DNA of 62,986 nucleotides, filler included, from Octopus bimaculoides (Eukaryota), in NCBI RefSeq assembly GCF_001194135.2. It is 6 parts of 6 records of this genome, joined end to end, with 100 filler letters (N's around TTAATTAATTAA, not from the genome) between each part and the next. Parts side by side here need not be neighbours in the genome. Positions count along the whole stretch, not along the records: positions 1 to 26,736 come from NC_068987.1; 5 more parts are not named here. One strand, written 5' to 3'. This document shows positions 1-13,339 of this stretch, in pieces. Made by a program: the position numbers and the translations under genes. The notes beneath the pieces were generated by a model. The model made no database searches, was not told the origin of the DNA, and saw only the letters and a list, made by a program, of their open reading frames with translations. Every line of letters starts with the position of its first letter. Position 1 is the stretch's first letter.

Positions 1-93
1 ACAGTTATTTTGTGTTCTTTGCTACATTGGTTTCTATTAACCCATTTATTCTATCAGAAGAATTTTTATTCATTAAGATAGAAGATATACACA

Positions 94-134
<41 letters not shown>

Positions 135-689
135 CAGTACCTAATTCACCTGAATCTTAATTGTATTTTATATATATTTATACACACACATGCACGCACA
201 CACACACACGCAAAGCAAAAATAATGGGTTATATACCTTTATTTATTATAGGCTAACAGCTGTTTCGGAAATGCATTTGTGTAGGTCCATGGTTCAATTT
301 TATCAATTGACTGATTGACTGAAAATATAGGAAACCACCCTCACAATGATAGTTTCCTCAGAAATAAAACAAATCAACTGCCAAAGAAAAGAAGAAAAGA
401 AAAGAAAGTGGATGGAATTTGGTCTGTGTGGAATTTATATGGAACTGTACATATATTATACATATATTGAATTATGTTGAATAAATAAGAGAGGAATGCT
501 CTATGTTGCAGAGTATTGAAACTGAACTTTTATCTTGCAGCTCAAGTTTCTTGCCACATATATACATATACATACATATAAACATAGATAAGCATACATG
601 CATGCATACATACATGCATACATACATGCATACATACATACATACATATATACAGACAGACAGAAACCTCTTCTTCCAAGACCATTGTG

Positions 690-990
690 AAAGTAACATC
701 ATCATCACAACAGAACAAACAGCTTGGAAGAAGGGAATCTGGGGATGTGCCAAGCAATTGTTCATAAACAAAACTGTAATGTCAGAGGTGTGGAAGCATA
801 GAAGGAACCTAGTTTCAATGTGGCTGGACTACAAGATTCATGGATGCTAGAAACCTTTTGACTTGCTAAAGTTCTATTGAGCATAGTCAAAGCCAAGGAG
901 TGATTGTATTATCACTGATGGAATACAGTATTGTAGAGGTGTATTCCAAGGGGACAGCCTCTCTGAGATGTTGTTTATTCTTTCCGTAAA
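690..990 (+). mobile_element. R4/Dong-like non-LTR retrotransposon RT fragment (degraded)
   Basis: Encodes HRRNLVSMWLDYK and RGVFQGDSLSEMLFILSVNPLS, matching R4-type RT motifs (WIDYKKAYDSV; GIFQGDSLSPLLF). Confidence 0.65.
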
Positions 991-1249
991 CCCCCTCTCT
1001 GGTTCACAAAGAAATAGAAATACCATGCACAAATATGTACATACATTCAGAAATACCCAGTTGATGTTGTTGAAATGCCAGTTAAGAAGGCTTGGATCTA
1101 GGTTAGAAACTGGCTCTTTCTCTGTTGGCAAGAAATCTTGAAATAAAACTGAATAATGACAAACAAGCACACACAAACAAACAATAATCCCAGTCTCTTC
1201 CATTATTATTGCTTAAGCACATTTCACTGTGGGTTGTCAAGTTTTCTGC

Positions 1250-2307
1250 AGCACCACATATTACTACTCAATATATTCCTTTGTCATCTCTGCGAAATCT
1301 ATTTAAAGAAATCTATTTCTGGTGTATTCTTCAGGTGTATCACCTCCATGCATCTGCCGCCTACAAAACTTGTTTTCTTTGTTAGCATACCTGTAATTCC
1401 ACGACATCTTTTATGCACTGGGTACAGCATATGCAGTTCCTTCCCTATCCTTTTCTTTTTGTCAAGCATGATTAATTTCCTGACTGTAACAGTGACCTAT
1501 CTTCTTTTTTGCTTACTAACCTTGATAAGTTTGCTTTAAGACCTCTCAATTCGAGGTTTTGTTTCTACAAATTTGTGATGATTCACAAGACCATGATGAA
1601 TAGGAGGTGGCTGAGGCCTGAGCCTTGATAAACCCCTGCATCATCATCATCATCATCTGTTGTCCATGCTGGCATGAGTTGGACAGTTTGACCAGGGCTG
1701 GCAAGCTGAGGGTCTGCACCAGACTGCAGTCTGTTTTGGCATGGTTTCAATGGCTGGATGCTCTTCCTAAAATTTGCCACATCACTGATTTTCACTTTAC
1801 TCACTACACCTTTGTACATGACTTGCACCACCTTCACAAGTTATTCATCTACATTTAGCTTCTTTAGGGATCACCAGATTACTGAACTTCACCTTGTCAA
1901 ATGCCTTATCAGAGTCAATGAATGCTAGATATAGTGGCTTACTCTTGGCAATATATTTATTCTGTAGTTGCCTTACTAGGAAGATGGCATCTGTGCTACC
2001 TTTTCCAGCACAAACCAAATTGCATCTCATCTAAGTTAATTTTATTGTCGATCAATTCTTCTATGGCTTTTTCCATAACCTTCATAGCTTGGTCCAACTA
2101 CTTGATACCTCTGTAATTTTTTCTCATTAATGCTTTTCTTTTGCCCTTGTAGCAGCTTACAATGATACTGTTATGCTACTCAATACCTTCCTGTATTACA
2201 TGATGAACTATTTGGGTATCTGGCATGTATCCTACTTCACAAAATATTTTGAGAATCTCAGCAAGTATTTCAGATGAGCCAGCAACTTACCTTACTTTTG
2301 CTCTGTA

Positions 2308-2352
<45 letters not shown>

Positions 2353-2960
2353 CATTTTGCTCCTGACAAAGATAATAGCTCTCTGAACTTTTTCTAGCCA
2401 GTCCTTATTCTAGCAATTAAACTCTCAGAGCATCCTCCTCCATTATTAAGATACCTAGGTAGCAGAAACTATTTACTATTTTTAAGGCTCCCTTCTCTGT
2501 TAACTTTCTTGTGGTGCCTCTGCACCTTAAGTGTTCACAGTTTATGGAATTCCTGTGTACACTTTCTCTACATGTTAAGCAAGGCTATTTTTCTGAAGAG
2601 ATTAGTGGTTTGTCTGTTTTCCTGCTAACTATTAGCATAGAGGAATTCCCACATGCAACCAGTCTTACATTCTTTGACTTTGGCTTGGAGGAGTATGATA
2701 AATAAGAGGGAACAGAGAACTGAGTCCTCGTAAACTCCTGTCTGCACACTAAAAACTCATTAACTTTCACCTTAATAATAATACCCCTGTTGATGACTTG
2801 AACAGCTCTCACCAGCTATTTTATTTGTCTGTCCCAAGCTTAAACAATGATCACCAGTTAAATGAGTGTGGGATCCTTTCAAAGGCTTTCTGTAGGTCAG
2901 CAAGTACCAATTACAGCAGTTTATTTTTGGCTAAATACTTATTGGCTAAATACAGTATTG
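1250..2960 (-). mobile_element. Degraded RTE-clade LINE RT fragments with an inserted SINE (~1555-1840)
   Basis: Minus strand gives STDAIFLVRQLQNKYIAKSKPLYLAFIDSDKAFDKV and IKVKVNEFLVCRQEFTRTQFSVPS, homologous to the RTE at 10415-12940. Confidence 0.75.
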
Positions 2961-5050
2961 CTTCTTCCTGGCTATGGTATTCTGAGTATTTCGATTAGTC
3001 TCCCTTTCAACAATGCTCCAAAAATAGTAATCCATCGAATTTAAATGCAGCTTCTTTGGAGGCTACAAACTTGATGTTATATGATCATAAAGATGGTCCG
3101 ACTGCTGCCTTTGTGAGAAGGTACTGAATCTTGTTGAAACACATATAACCTTCCACTGCATACTTCATCCATTCAGGGCTTAACAACTGTCTCCAGAACC
3201 TCAGTGTATCTAGTAGAAAGATGTGAGATGGTATGATATGACCTTTGTTACTCACCACTCCTAAGACCATCACTGTTGTATATCAGAAGGCTCTGTATTG
3301 GGTCATCCCATAAATAATGTAGTTTTTTCAATTGCATGAATTAAAAGTCAGAAAGGGATGGGATAAACTACCTGCATTAACTTGTTATAAAAGTAGGTAG
3401 TAATTTTACCTTGTCCTTATTCTTAGTGCAAGTTTTGAAGAGTGCAGTTTGATTTTAACAGTTATTTTTTCAAAGCTATAATGGAAGTGACAAAGGAACA
3501 TATTCAGTATATTTTGCTTTATGGGTTCAATAAAGATAACAACACAACAGAAAGTGCAAGGAATATTAATGTAGTATATGGAGATTGGACAATAAATGTA
3601 AGCCAGTGTCAATGATGGTTCCAGAAATTTCAAGCTGGAAACTACAGCCTAGAAGATAAGTCTCATCCTGGAAGATCTAGAGAGCTCAACAAACCCTGGT
3701 GGAACAAAATCCCATTATCACTGTTGAGGAACTAGCAGGGAAGCTTGGATTTGGTTGTTAAACCATTCATCAACACCTGCGTACCTTCGGAAAAGTTAGC
3801 AAATTGGGTCAATGGGTTCCTTGCAGACTTTCTGAGTCTAATCACGTGCAGAGAGTGAATGTGTGCTCTTCTTTGCTGTCACATCTCACGAATGAACCTT
3901 TTTTTGAACCGAATAGTGACTGGTGACGAGAAATGAATTCCTTATAAAAATGTCAAGTGCCAAAGATAGTGGGTAGGGAAAAGAGAAACACTGGCACCCC
4001 AGACTAAAGAAGGTCTTCACCCATGTAAGGTGTTGTTATGTGTTTGGTGGGATATGAAAGGTTTAGTTCACTTTGAACTTTTAAACCCAAACCAAACAAT
4101 AACAACAGAGATTTGCTGCGAGCAGCTTGAATGGCTAAAGTCAGCGCTAGAAGAAAAACAACCATCTTTCGTTTCAAGACAAAAGGTGTTCTTTCATCAG
4201 GATAATGCTTGGCCACATACAGCGAGAATAACATTCCAAAGGTTGGAGCAGTTTGAATGGGAAATGATGCCCCATCTGATTATCATTCCACAGTCTTCAA
4301 AATCATTTGGATGGAAAAAATATGAATTCTGTGGACGAGGTGAGAACAGTACTGGAGGAGTATTTTTTGTCATGGACAAGGGAATTTTGGGAATGGGGCC
4401 TTCCAAGTTTACCATATAGATGGAAGAGCATTATAGAAAATGAAGGTGAGTATATTTTAGATTAAAAAAGAACTTTGTTTATCTTAATTTTGAAAAATAA
4501 AAGAAATGTGAAAAAGACCACATAATTTATGGGATGACCCAATACATAACCATCTATCATTTCTTGTTAGACTTTTGGTCATGATCAAAGTTTTTCTCAT
4601 CATAGAAAAACCAAAGCATGCCATGTTCATGAGTGATTTTAACATTGTTAAGTAACTGTTTAGTACATATCAAATGATTTTCCTGTGTCTTTGCAGACAT
4701 GAATTGGCCTCCTCTCAGGACATATGACTTCTATTGAATGTCCTCATGCACCAGAATTCTGATAGTCCAGTCTGATACCTAAAGTTCTTTGGCAGTTGCC
4801 CTCATTGATTCTCTAGGATCATCACTAATAATGTTTTGAATCCACTGGATGAATTGTAGTGTCCTTGTAGTATCTGATTTTATAGATTTGAGACATTCCC
4901 CTGAGAGGCTTCCAATTTCATCTGAACTTTGTGTATGAAAGATTTTGTAATATTTAGAAAGCTGATAATTTCTATGTTCTGTGTCTTTTCATTTTTTGTG
5001 TTAGCATTTTCTCTGCCATAGAGGATCTGAAAGAAATAAAAGCTTTTTAA
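2960..5050 (-). mobile_element. Tc1/mariner DD37D (maT-like) transposon relic, split by a nested mariner
   Basis: 4545-5030 encodes ...DDPRESMRATAKEL*VSDWTIRILVHEDI...FFYDEKNFDHDQK...NDRWL. 2960-3295 encodes CTEPSD...VMVLGVVSNKGH...YVFQQDSVPSHK...PPKKLHLNSMDYYFWSIVERETN. Many stops and frameshifts. Confidence 0.8.
3298..4542 (+). mobile_element. Full-length inactive mariner (DD34D) with TIRs and TA target duplication
   Basis: TIR ttgggtcatcccataaataatgt (3298-) matches acataatttatgggatgacccaa (-4542); TA at 3296-3297 and 4543-4544. Transposase from ATG 3481 (MEVTKEHIQYILLYGFNK...) with GDEK and HQDNAWPH motifs, in-frame stops, and the PYSPD region deleted. Confidence 0.92.
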
Positions 5051-5629
5051 TTGATTTAAACAGAGTAATATATGATATTACAATGGGATGCACTAGAACT
5101 ATTTTGGTTGTGAAAGGGACTTTTTAAGCACATAGCAATGCCTGAACCCATAAATATCTTTGTTACTTTTATATCATGATTACAGCCTCCACCAAGTATT
5201 TTTAAAAATCTTTTATAGAGGAGTGAAAGCAGTACCCATGACCTGTTATGGCACCTCTGAAACTGGAGACCTAGCCCAAATACCTACAAGAAAGCAAACT
5301 CTGTTAAAGTTACTAGGTGGCTGTATTAAACTGGGTGACAGTTAAGTCTACCACCCAAGTAGGCCATGGCTACCACCCAATAGGGCATTGAATTCAGAAC
5401 AAATACCACAAGTACACCTTGCAATATTTGTAAAATCATTGTACCAGATGCAAAACATCTTGTTCAATGTTTTTACAAATTCCATCAGTCCATCATCTTG
5501 GACTCCAAAGTTGACTTCAGCAGGATGTAAAAAGCAAAAACAAATACTGCAAAGCATTCTGTCCAACATTCTAATGACTCTACTAATTCATTGTTTGTTA
5601 TATTTATACTGGAAAGAAATTTTTATATG

Positions 5630-5997
5630 CAGGCATGACTGTGGTATTAAGAAGTTTGCTTCCCAAGCAGATAATTTGGTGCCCAGTCCCACTGCAGGGT
5701 CTGAGGCTGATTATAGAAACTGAAAAAAGACATATGCTTATATGTGCACATGTGTGTATGTTTGTGTCACCTTGTCTTGTCCTGGCATTGTATTGTTGTT
5801 GTAAATGAGTGTTAGTGTCATACAAGTAGTGTCATTCATTTTCAAAAACATACCTGATCATGGGAAAATATTACCTTGATTAGTAGCAAGTGAGGGTTAG
5901 TAGCAAGAAAAGCATCTAGCTGTAGAAAATCTGCATCAATAAATTCCATCTGACTCATGCAAGAATGGAAAAGTAGATGTTAAAATGATGATGATGG
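5630..5997 (+). mobile_element. tRNA-head SINE (family 1 type), CpG-decayed, (ATG)n tail
   Basis: Head gcaggcatgactgtggtattaagaagtttgcttccc is homologous to the copy at 29774; ends gttaaaatgatgatgatg. Confidence 0.7.
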
Positions 5998-6095
5998 TTT
6001 TTTTTTTAGCATCTGTAAAATGTATGAATTATTCAATAATTTCAGTTATAATATATAGGGTTTACGTGAACCATTCTCTTTTTCTTTTTGGTTAG

Positions 6096-6168
6096 GTTGG
6101 CAGTAGAAATGAATGTGAAGGCAGTAAGGAAAATGATAATTCTGTGTCGGAATTTTAAGAAACTTGAG
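6096..6168 (+). CDS. FAR1: Fatty acyl-CoA reductase (FAR1-like) internal coding exon
   Basis: Acceptor tttctttttggttag|G, donor GAG|gtgaga. 73 nt = 1+24 codons: (K/R)LAVEMNVKAVRKMIILCRNFKKLE, resembling the FAR1 segment [24 protein letters not shown]. Joins in phase 0 to the exon at 19172. Confidence 0.9.
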
Positions 6169-6569
6169 GTGAGATAACTGTTTTTTTTTATCTCTTTTTC
6201 ATTTTTTTTTCTGGCCTCCATATCTTTAATGACCAAGGATGAAGGTCCTAGTTGTCCACACTACTGGAACAGCGTTATCTGTCGCTGGACTGTCCAATGT
6301 GTGACTGTAGTCTCTGCCACACAAGCTGCACTTGTGAGCTGTCGTGGTGCTGTTTGAGTTGTTGTGCTCTCTTCCTATGGATTTGCCTTTTGTCTTCTGT
6401 CGCATTCATCAGTCTTCCTTCTCTTGGTTTCAGCCACTTGGACAGAGTATACCTGGGAAAAATAATAGCTAAGAGCTAGTTCCTCACTCCTCAAAGCCAT
6501 GGAACACTCAAAACAGGGCTCCACCGCTAGATGCAGCTTAAAGTCAAACACAGGACTTTTTCATAAATA

Positions 6570-6775
6570 ATAATGGTTTAAATTTTTGCATAAGGCCAGC
6601 AATTCTGTGGGAAGGGGAAAATCAATTTCATCAACCCCTGCACTTAACTGGTAGTTATTTTATCAATCCTAAAAAAGATGAAAGGTAAAAATCAAGCTTG
6701 GCTGAATTTGAACTTAGAATGTAAAGAGCCGCAAGAAATATCACCAAGCATTTTGTCCAGTGAAAAACACAAATA
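6570..6775 (-). mobile_element. SINE family 2 copy
   Basis: Shares the core ...ttattttatc(g/a)acccc...gatgaaagg...gaatttgaact with copies at ~22590-22790, 27010-27420, 50961-51183 and 58290-58500. Confidence 0.65.
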
Positions 6776-7008
6776 TGTGCCCCTTATGCATATGCTCACA
6801 ACCGCTACATGCACACACAGAATATTCACTTCACATATGTGCATACATGCACACACACATATTCAAAGGAGTCACTGTATACATGTGAGTGCACACCCAC
6901 ACACACTACATATATAAGCACGCACAGCATTCACTGCATAAACAAACAAATTAGTAGAAATAGAAGTAAAATCATTAGTCTTGATTGATGAAATGGCCAA
7001 CAGTTGAC

Positions 7009-7046
<38 letters not shown>

Positions 7047-7048
7047 CA

Positions 7049-7129
<81 letters not shown>

Positions 7130-7879
7130 AACTGAGATATACCATTAGATATACATGAACATAGACAGAGGTGTGGTTGTGTTGTTAAAACGTTTGCTTC
7201 ACAGCCATGTGATTTTAGGTTCAATTTACTACAAGATACCTTAGGCAATTGTCTGCCAACCAATGCCTTGTGAGTGAATTTAGAAGACAAACTAAACAAA
7301 GCCTGTTGCGTGTGTATGTGTTTGCTGACATTCTGTGCTCAGCTACAGATGGTGATACTTGTTAACATTTCCTGCAAACAAATCATTTGGCAACTCTGCA
7401 TTTGAGAAAATGAAAGGAATGAAAATTTCATTCTTGAAAATTAGTAATAGAAAGAGCATCAAACAGTTAAAACAATACCTCGGTAATATGTCTAATCCAT
7501 GATAGCATGCAAAATAGAAAATAGACAAAAACGCAAACAAACAAATGAACGAGACAGACTGACATGCATATGCACAGACATATGTACATGATATATAATC
7601 ATTTTATGTCTGTTATCCGTGTTGGTATGAGTAGGACAGTTCAACAGGAATTACTGAATCAGATGGTTTCTACAGCTAGATGTCCTTCCTATATCAACTA
7701 CTTTACAGTGTGTACTGGGTGCATTTTCTATGGCATCAGCACTATAGAGGTTGCGTTGCTGTTAGCCAGATAAAAGAAACTCTCAGGCTCTGCATTGTCA
7801 ATGCTTGTATTGATTACCAACCACCTACAGAGTGTACTGAGTGTATTTTGTGACACCAGCAGGTGGGATCAGCTTGGTG

Positions 7880-8860
7880 TGCCAAATGAGCTACCATAGT
7901 GGATGGAACAGATTTATTGTGAGAGGATTGTAATGGAGAAAGTAACAAAGGAAACAGTATTAGATAGGAATAATGGAGAGGACTGAGGAAGAAAAGTAAT
8001 ATCTGGGATTAGTATGAAAGAAAAGGCAGACAAAGTGGTAATCTTAATGGGCAGGTTGAAGAGCGAAATCCAGTGATGAAGTAGATCAGTCTGTCTGGCA
8101 TGCCAACATGAAATGGACAGTTTCTCAGGGTCCAAGACCATTCTTCTTGAGTGTTACACAGGTATTTATTATTAAGAGGAGTGGTAGAGGAGGGACTAAT
8201 AGAAAAAAAGTGTGTATGTTGGGATTTGGATAAGGGACATGAAGTGAAAAGTAGTGCCAGAGGGGTTATTGGGAGAGAGGTAGAGTGATAGAGCAGTAGG
8301 GGTAGTTGAGTAGGAAGAGATGCAGTGCTCCTCCATGTTACATATGAAGTTGGTAGAGTGCTGCATGAAAGGGAGATAAAGTGATGATAAGCCGGGGCAT
8401 ATCCTGAAGTTAACATATCCAAGAGAGCATGGTGGAAGAATTATGGAGGGTTGGTAATGGCTGCAAGATTGCAATCACTTCTCACTTAAGTATCAGGAAT
8501 CAGGAAGAAAGAATAAGGTGCTTCAGGATGTAGGTGGGGTGGGGAGATAGAGGGAAGGGAGATAATCAGTATGTGCAAATAATGTCCTTTCCTCTCAGTT
8601 ATGGGTGTCATGGCATGGCACAGTGAGTAGAAGAGATGAGAAGGTACAAACTAGGCACAGTGAGAAGAGATAAGAAGGTACAGAAGAGGCACAGTAGTTT
8701 TGAGAGTAAATGGTAGAAGGATGTGAGGGTATAGAATAGGTAATAGACAGGTGTGGAGATACATGCAGAAAAAACATACAATAGGCAAGAGAGGGTTGTG
8801 TAAGAGGTTGGATCTGCAGCACCACATATAACCAATTAACATGGTCTTCAGTCTACTTCA
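7880..8860 (-). mobile_element. Highly degraded Penelope-like RT-region relic
   Basis: Pyrimidine-rich minus strand similar in composition to the Penelope at 23690-25830; weak RT-like peptides (NFICNMEEHCISSY; DLLHHWISLFNLPIKIT). Confidence 0.35.
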
Positions 8861-8869
8861 TTCAATCTA

Positions 8870-9280
8870 ACATTTTGCAATCATTTTTCACCATACCATC
8901 CCAATCTTCCTTGGTCTCCCTCTTCAGGGAGACCAAAGAAAACTCCCACATCTTTGATTCCTCAGCAATTGCTTATGCAGCTATCATCCTCTGTTTTCAT
9001 CACATATCTATACTAGCACAATCTCTTCTCCGGCACACTACATCTTACTCCTCTTATGTTCAATATGTCTCTCAGTTCATTTATTAACACTAATATGGCA
9101 CATCCAGTGAAGCATACTCCATTCATTTCTTTCTCATTTTTGCATGTCTCCTGCACTGAAGGCTCACATCTTATTACTATGTAGCAACACACTTTGCACA
9201 CAAGCTTTATATGGTCTGTCCTTGATCTTGAGGGATAAGTCCTTTGTTGTTTGCAAAGGTAATAGTTCTCTGAGATACTT
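8870..9280 (-). mobile_element. RTE LINE 3' coding fragment
   Basis: Encodes RELLPLQTTKDLSLKIKDRPYKACVQSVLLHS, typical of the RTE post-RT region (GLSLRVKGRLYDACVRTVMLHGSETW). Confidence 0.65.
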
Positions 9281-10060
9281 GTATGTATGTATGTATGTAT
9301 GTATGTATGTATGTGTATGTGTGTGTACACATGTATGCATGCATGAATAAATCTGTATATATATATATATATATATACATCTTATAGTAAAAATGGATAC
9401 ATAAGGGTGGAAAATCACAGGAACAATACCATATGTCCAACGTAAGATACAATATGTGTGTTCAATTCCTTCAAGAATCAATAAATGAATTTATAGTATT
9501 CAGTCTCTAAAGTGTCTAAAAGGTACGGTAAAAAGACCAGCAAATACAACAATAAAAACTTTAGAAATATCATGAATGTTCAAAATATTTATTAAAAGAA
9601 TATTTATAAATATGCATGATTTCTAAGTTGTATAAAAATATGACAAATTAAAGTTAAAACATTACGATGTGTAAACATACATTATGATATAACATATAAT
9701 GGGTAAATATATANNNNNNNNNNNNNNNNNNNNNNNNNNNNNNNNNNNNNNNNNNNNNNNNNNNNNNNNNNNNNNNNNNNNNNNNNNNNNNNNNNNNNNN
9801 NNNNNNNNNNNNNNNNNNNNNNNNNNNNNNNNNNNNNNNNNNNNNNNNNNNNNNNNNNNNNNNNNNNNNNNNNNNNNNNNNNNNNNNNNNNNNNNNNNNN
9901 NNNNNNNNNNNNNNNNNNNNNNNNNNNNNNNNNNNNNNNNNNNNNNNNNNNNNNNNNNNNNNNNNNNNNNNNNNNNNNNNNNNNNNNNNNNNNNNNNNNN
10001 NNNNNNNNNNNNNNNNNNNNNNNNNNNNNNNNNNNNNNNNNNNNNNNNNNNNNNNNCAAG

Positions 10061-10242
10061 AGCCAGTCCATGGGCACTGGCAACGATCTCGCATGAAAGA
10101 TATCATGAGTCGCCCGCACATGAGCCAGTCCGGGGGCACTGGCAAACGATCCCGCTCGAAAACCTCATGTGTCACCCGCAAGCCGGCCCAGGGGCACCGG
10201 CAACGATCTCGCTCGAAAGATTTCATGTGTCGCCCGCACATG
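10061..10242 (+). repeat. ~60-bp tandem repeat, three copies, next to a gap
   Basis: Units 10061-10122, 10123-10180 and 10181-10242 (agccagtcc...ggcactggcaacgatctcgc...catgtgtcgcccgcacatg). Confidence 0.85.
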
Positions 10243-10414
10243 TATTATATTAAAAACGTGTACATTAGGACAGGATTAAAAAAAAAAAACAAAAAAACTC
10301 TGGCCCGTCTTTATGTATTGTTATATTAACAATACATAATTATACAAAAATTACAGTTTATATATATATATATATATATTATGTGTATATGTATTATGTA
10401 TGTAGGTATGTGTG

Positions 10415-12940
10415 AATGGAGGTGTGTTGATGTACGCTGCATCCAAAAGGTAAGGTGGAGAGGAGCTTTACCCTGGTTCCTCACAGGCAAGACATGTAAG
10501 TATAAAATCTGGGAAGGTAACAGTGATGGGGTAGGCGGTATGGGCATACTTCTTGCAGAGAAATTGGCGGATAAGTTCATAGAGGTAGTCAGAGTGAGCA
10601 ATAAAATGCTTAATCTCAGGCTAGTCTTGCAGATTAGCATAGCGTTGATTATCTCTACCTATGCCCCACAAGCAGGCCTACCGAATGAACAGAAAGAACA
10701 TTTTTACGATATTCTTCTGCAGGCTACCTCTAAGGTGAATGACAAGAATCTCATCTTTGTGGCTGGGGACTTGAATAGGTATGTCGGACGGCAGCCCAGT
10801 ATTTTCCATGGTGTAGGGAACAAAGCTACTGGAATTCTGTAATGCAAATAACCTATTGATCTGTAACACCAATTTCAGGAAGCCAACCAGCCACCTGATA
10901 AGCTACAAATCAGGTGGTTACACTAGCCAGATCGTTTACATTCTCACCAGGCAGCGGGATGCATGGTTGCTCTTAAATACAAAGACCCTCCCCGATGAAG
11001 AATGTATCCCTCAGCATTGATTAGTCATTAGTGATTTAGACTCCAGGTCAGAACGATGCCAAGAAGCAGACCAATCTGGAAAAGAAGGATTTGGAAGCTT
11101 AAGGATCTTTCATATGGTCAGAGATTTAGGGACATCCTAAATGAGAAATTTGATGAGAGGGAGGAGGAGCTACAAACCTGTGACATAGAGGGCAACTGGG
11201 AATTCCTGCAGGACAGCTTGCTGAGTGCCACAGACCAAATCTACCATGGAAAATACTGGGCTGCCATCCAACATGCCCATTCAAGTCCCCAGTCACAAAG
11301 ACGAGATCCTTGTCATTCGTTTTAGAGGTAGCTTGCTGAAGAATATCATAAAAACGGTCTTTCTGTTCATTTGGTGGGCCTGCTTGTAGGGTAATGTGGT
11401 AGACAGGGCCATTAGAGCAAAGAAATGGGTGTCGAAGGACTGGAAGAGGTGGGGTAGCAGGGAACTGTATCAGATAACCAGAAGGGAAGCTAGGAGACAG
11501 GTATATCTAACCAAGGAAAAAGCAGAAAAGAAGTTTGCCAATTTTCAGCAATGTGAGGACCAAAGAACTGAAGTGTTTTGGGTTGCAAGACAGTATGTGA
11601 GAGAAAATTGCGATGTCATAGGAGTGAAATGTGTCTGCATGGATGATGGTGCACTTGCATTTAAGGATTCTACAAAGAAAGAGGCTTGGAAATGCCTTAT
11701 GAAAGACTGCTGAATGTGGAGAATGAATGGGAGGGGGAGGAGTCTGCCAAAAGTTGACCCAATTGAGGGACCAGCTACCTGAATCGACAGTAACTTTGTA
11801 GATAAAGCAATTAAGGATATGAAGACAGGGAAAGCCCCCGGTCCATCAGGAATCACTGCTGAGATGCTTAAATATCTGGTGGTGTGGGTTATGGCCTAGT
11901 CACCTGTCAATCAGGTGGTTCATGAAGGAGTCTTACCCAATGATTGGTGTAGTAGCATCATAGTCAACTGCTACAAGGTGATGCCTTAGAAATAATTACA
12001 GAGGTATCAAATTGTTGGATCAGGTGATGAAAGTTACAGAGAGAGTCATAGCCCAACTAATTAGGGAGAGAGTCAGTTTAGATGACAGGCAGTTTGGGTT
12101 TGTGCCTGGGAGAAAGAAGTACCACTGATGCTATATTTCTGGCAAGACAGCCACAGGAGAAATATGTAGCCAAAGATAAACCTCTGTACCTGGCCTTTGT
12201 TAACTTGGAGAAAGCCTTTGAAGGGTCACCTGGTCCCTTATGTGCTGGTCAATGCAGAAACTAGGGATAGGCAAGTAGTTAGTGAGAGCTGTAAAAATGG
12301 CAGTAAAAATGGGCTGTGGCAGCTGACGATATGCCTTGGCTAGAAAGAAATGAAGCGAATATGCTTCGCTGGATGTGCAATGTCAGTGTGCATGTTTGAC
12401 AGAGTGTAAGCGTGTAAGCATCTTGAGAGAAAAGTTAGGCATAAGCAGCATAGATGTGGTGTACAAGAGAGATGACTGCGCTGGTATAGTCATGTGTTGC
12501 GTATGGACAAGGACATCTGCGTAAAGAAGTGCCAGTTTCTATCTATGGAGGGAACTTGTGGTAGAGGTAGACCCAGGAAGACATGAGAGAAAGTGGTGAA
12601 GCATGATCCTTGAACTTTGAGCCTCACAGAGGCAATGACTAGTGACAAGGACCTTTGGTGATATGTTGCGCTTGGGAAGACCATGAAATTGTAGTCATGG
12701 CTGATGTTGGTGTCACATAACTGGCATCCAAGCCGGTGGCACATAAAGAGTACCATTCGAGCATTTGGCCTCATGGAGGCAAAGTGACAGTTCCTTTTGA
12801 GTGTTGGGCCTCATGGTGGCAATGACTGAGACATGCCAAATCAGACTGGAATCTGGTGCAGCCTTCCAGCTTACCAGCCCTGGTCAAACCGTCCAACCCA
12901 TGCCAACATGGACAATGGACATTAAATGATGATGATGTTG
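10415..12940 (+). mobile_element. RTE-clade LINE, degraded (APE endonuclease, RT, 3' tail)
   Basis: APE motifs GVGGMGILLAEK, IISTYAPQAG and VAGDLN; RT start KAIKDMKTGKAPGPSGITAEML; TTDAIFLARQPQEKY; C-terminal EGTCGRGRPRKT; 3' tail shared with SINEs and ending in (GAT)n. Confidence 0.9.
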
Positions 12941-13339
12941 ATATGTATATACATGTAAATGTGTATTTATATATCTATCTGTCTATCTTTTTTCTTTATT
13001 TTTCTTTTTTTTCTCTTTTTCTCTTTCTTTTGTTTCTCTTGTGTATTTACAAGTTCATCAGGTATATTATTAGTCTCTACTATGATACTGAGTATTCTTT
13101 CTGACAGTCAACACTAATCATCATCATTGCTTAATGTCCATCCTCCATGTTGGCATGGTTTGGACAATTTGACCGGATCCAACAAGCCAGTGGACTGCAT
13201 TGAACACCAATGTCTCTTTTGGCATTGTTTCTACAGCTGGATGCCTTTCCAAATGCCAACAACTTTACAGAGTATACTAGGTGTTTTCTTGTGACACCAA
13301 CACTGGTGAGATTGTCAAGTAACTTGTAAGACAAAAGAA

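Noticed and set aside
5395-5530. Peptide PCNICKIIVPDAKHLVQC as a zinc knuckle or host exon
   Set aside because: Short frame with no splice context or other support; possibly a LINE remnant.
10061-10242. CRISPR-like look of the tandem arrays (also 30719-30935)
   Set aside because: Head-to-tail units with no unique spacers, no cas genes, eukaryotic context.
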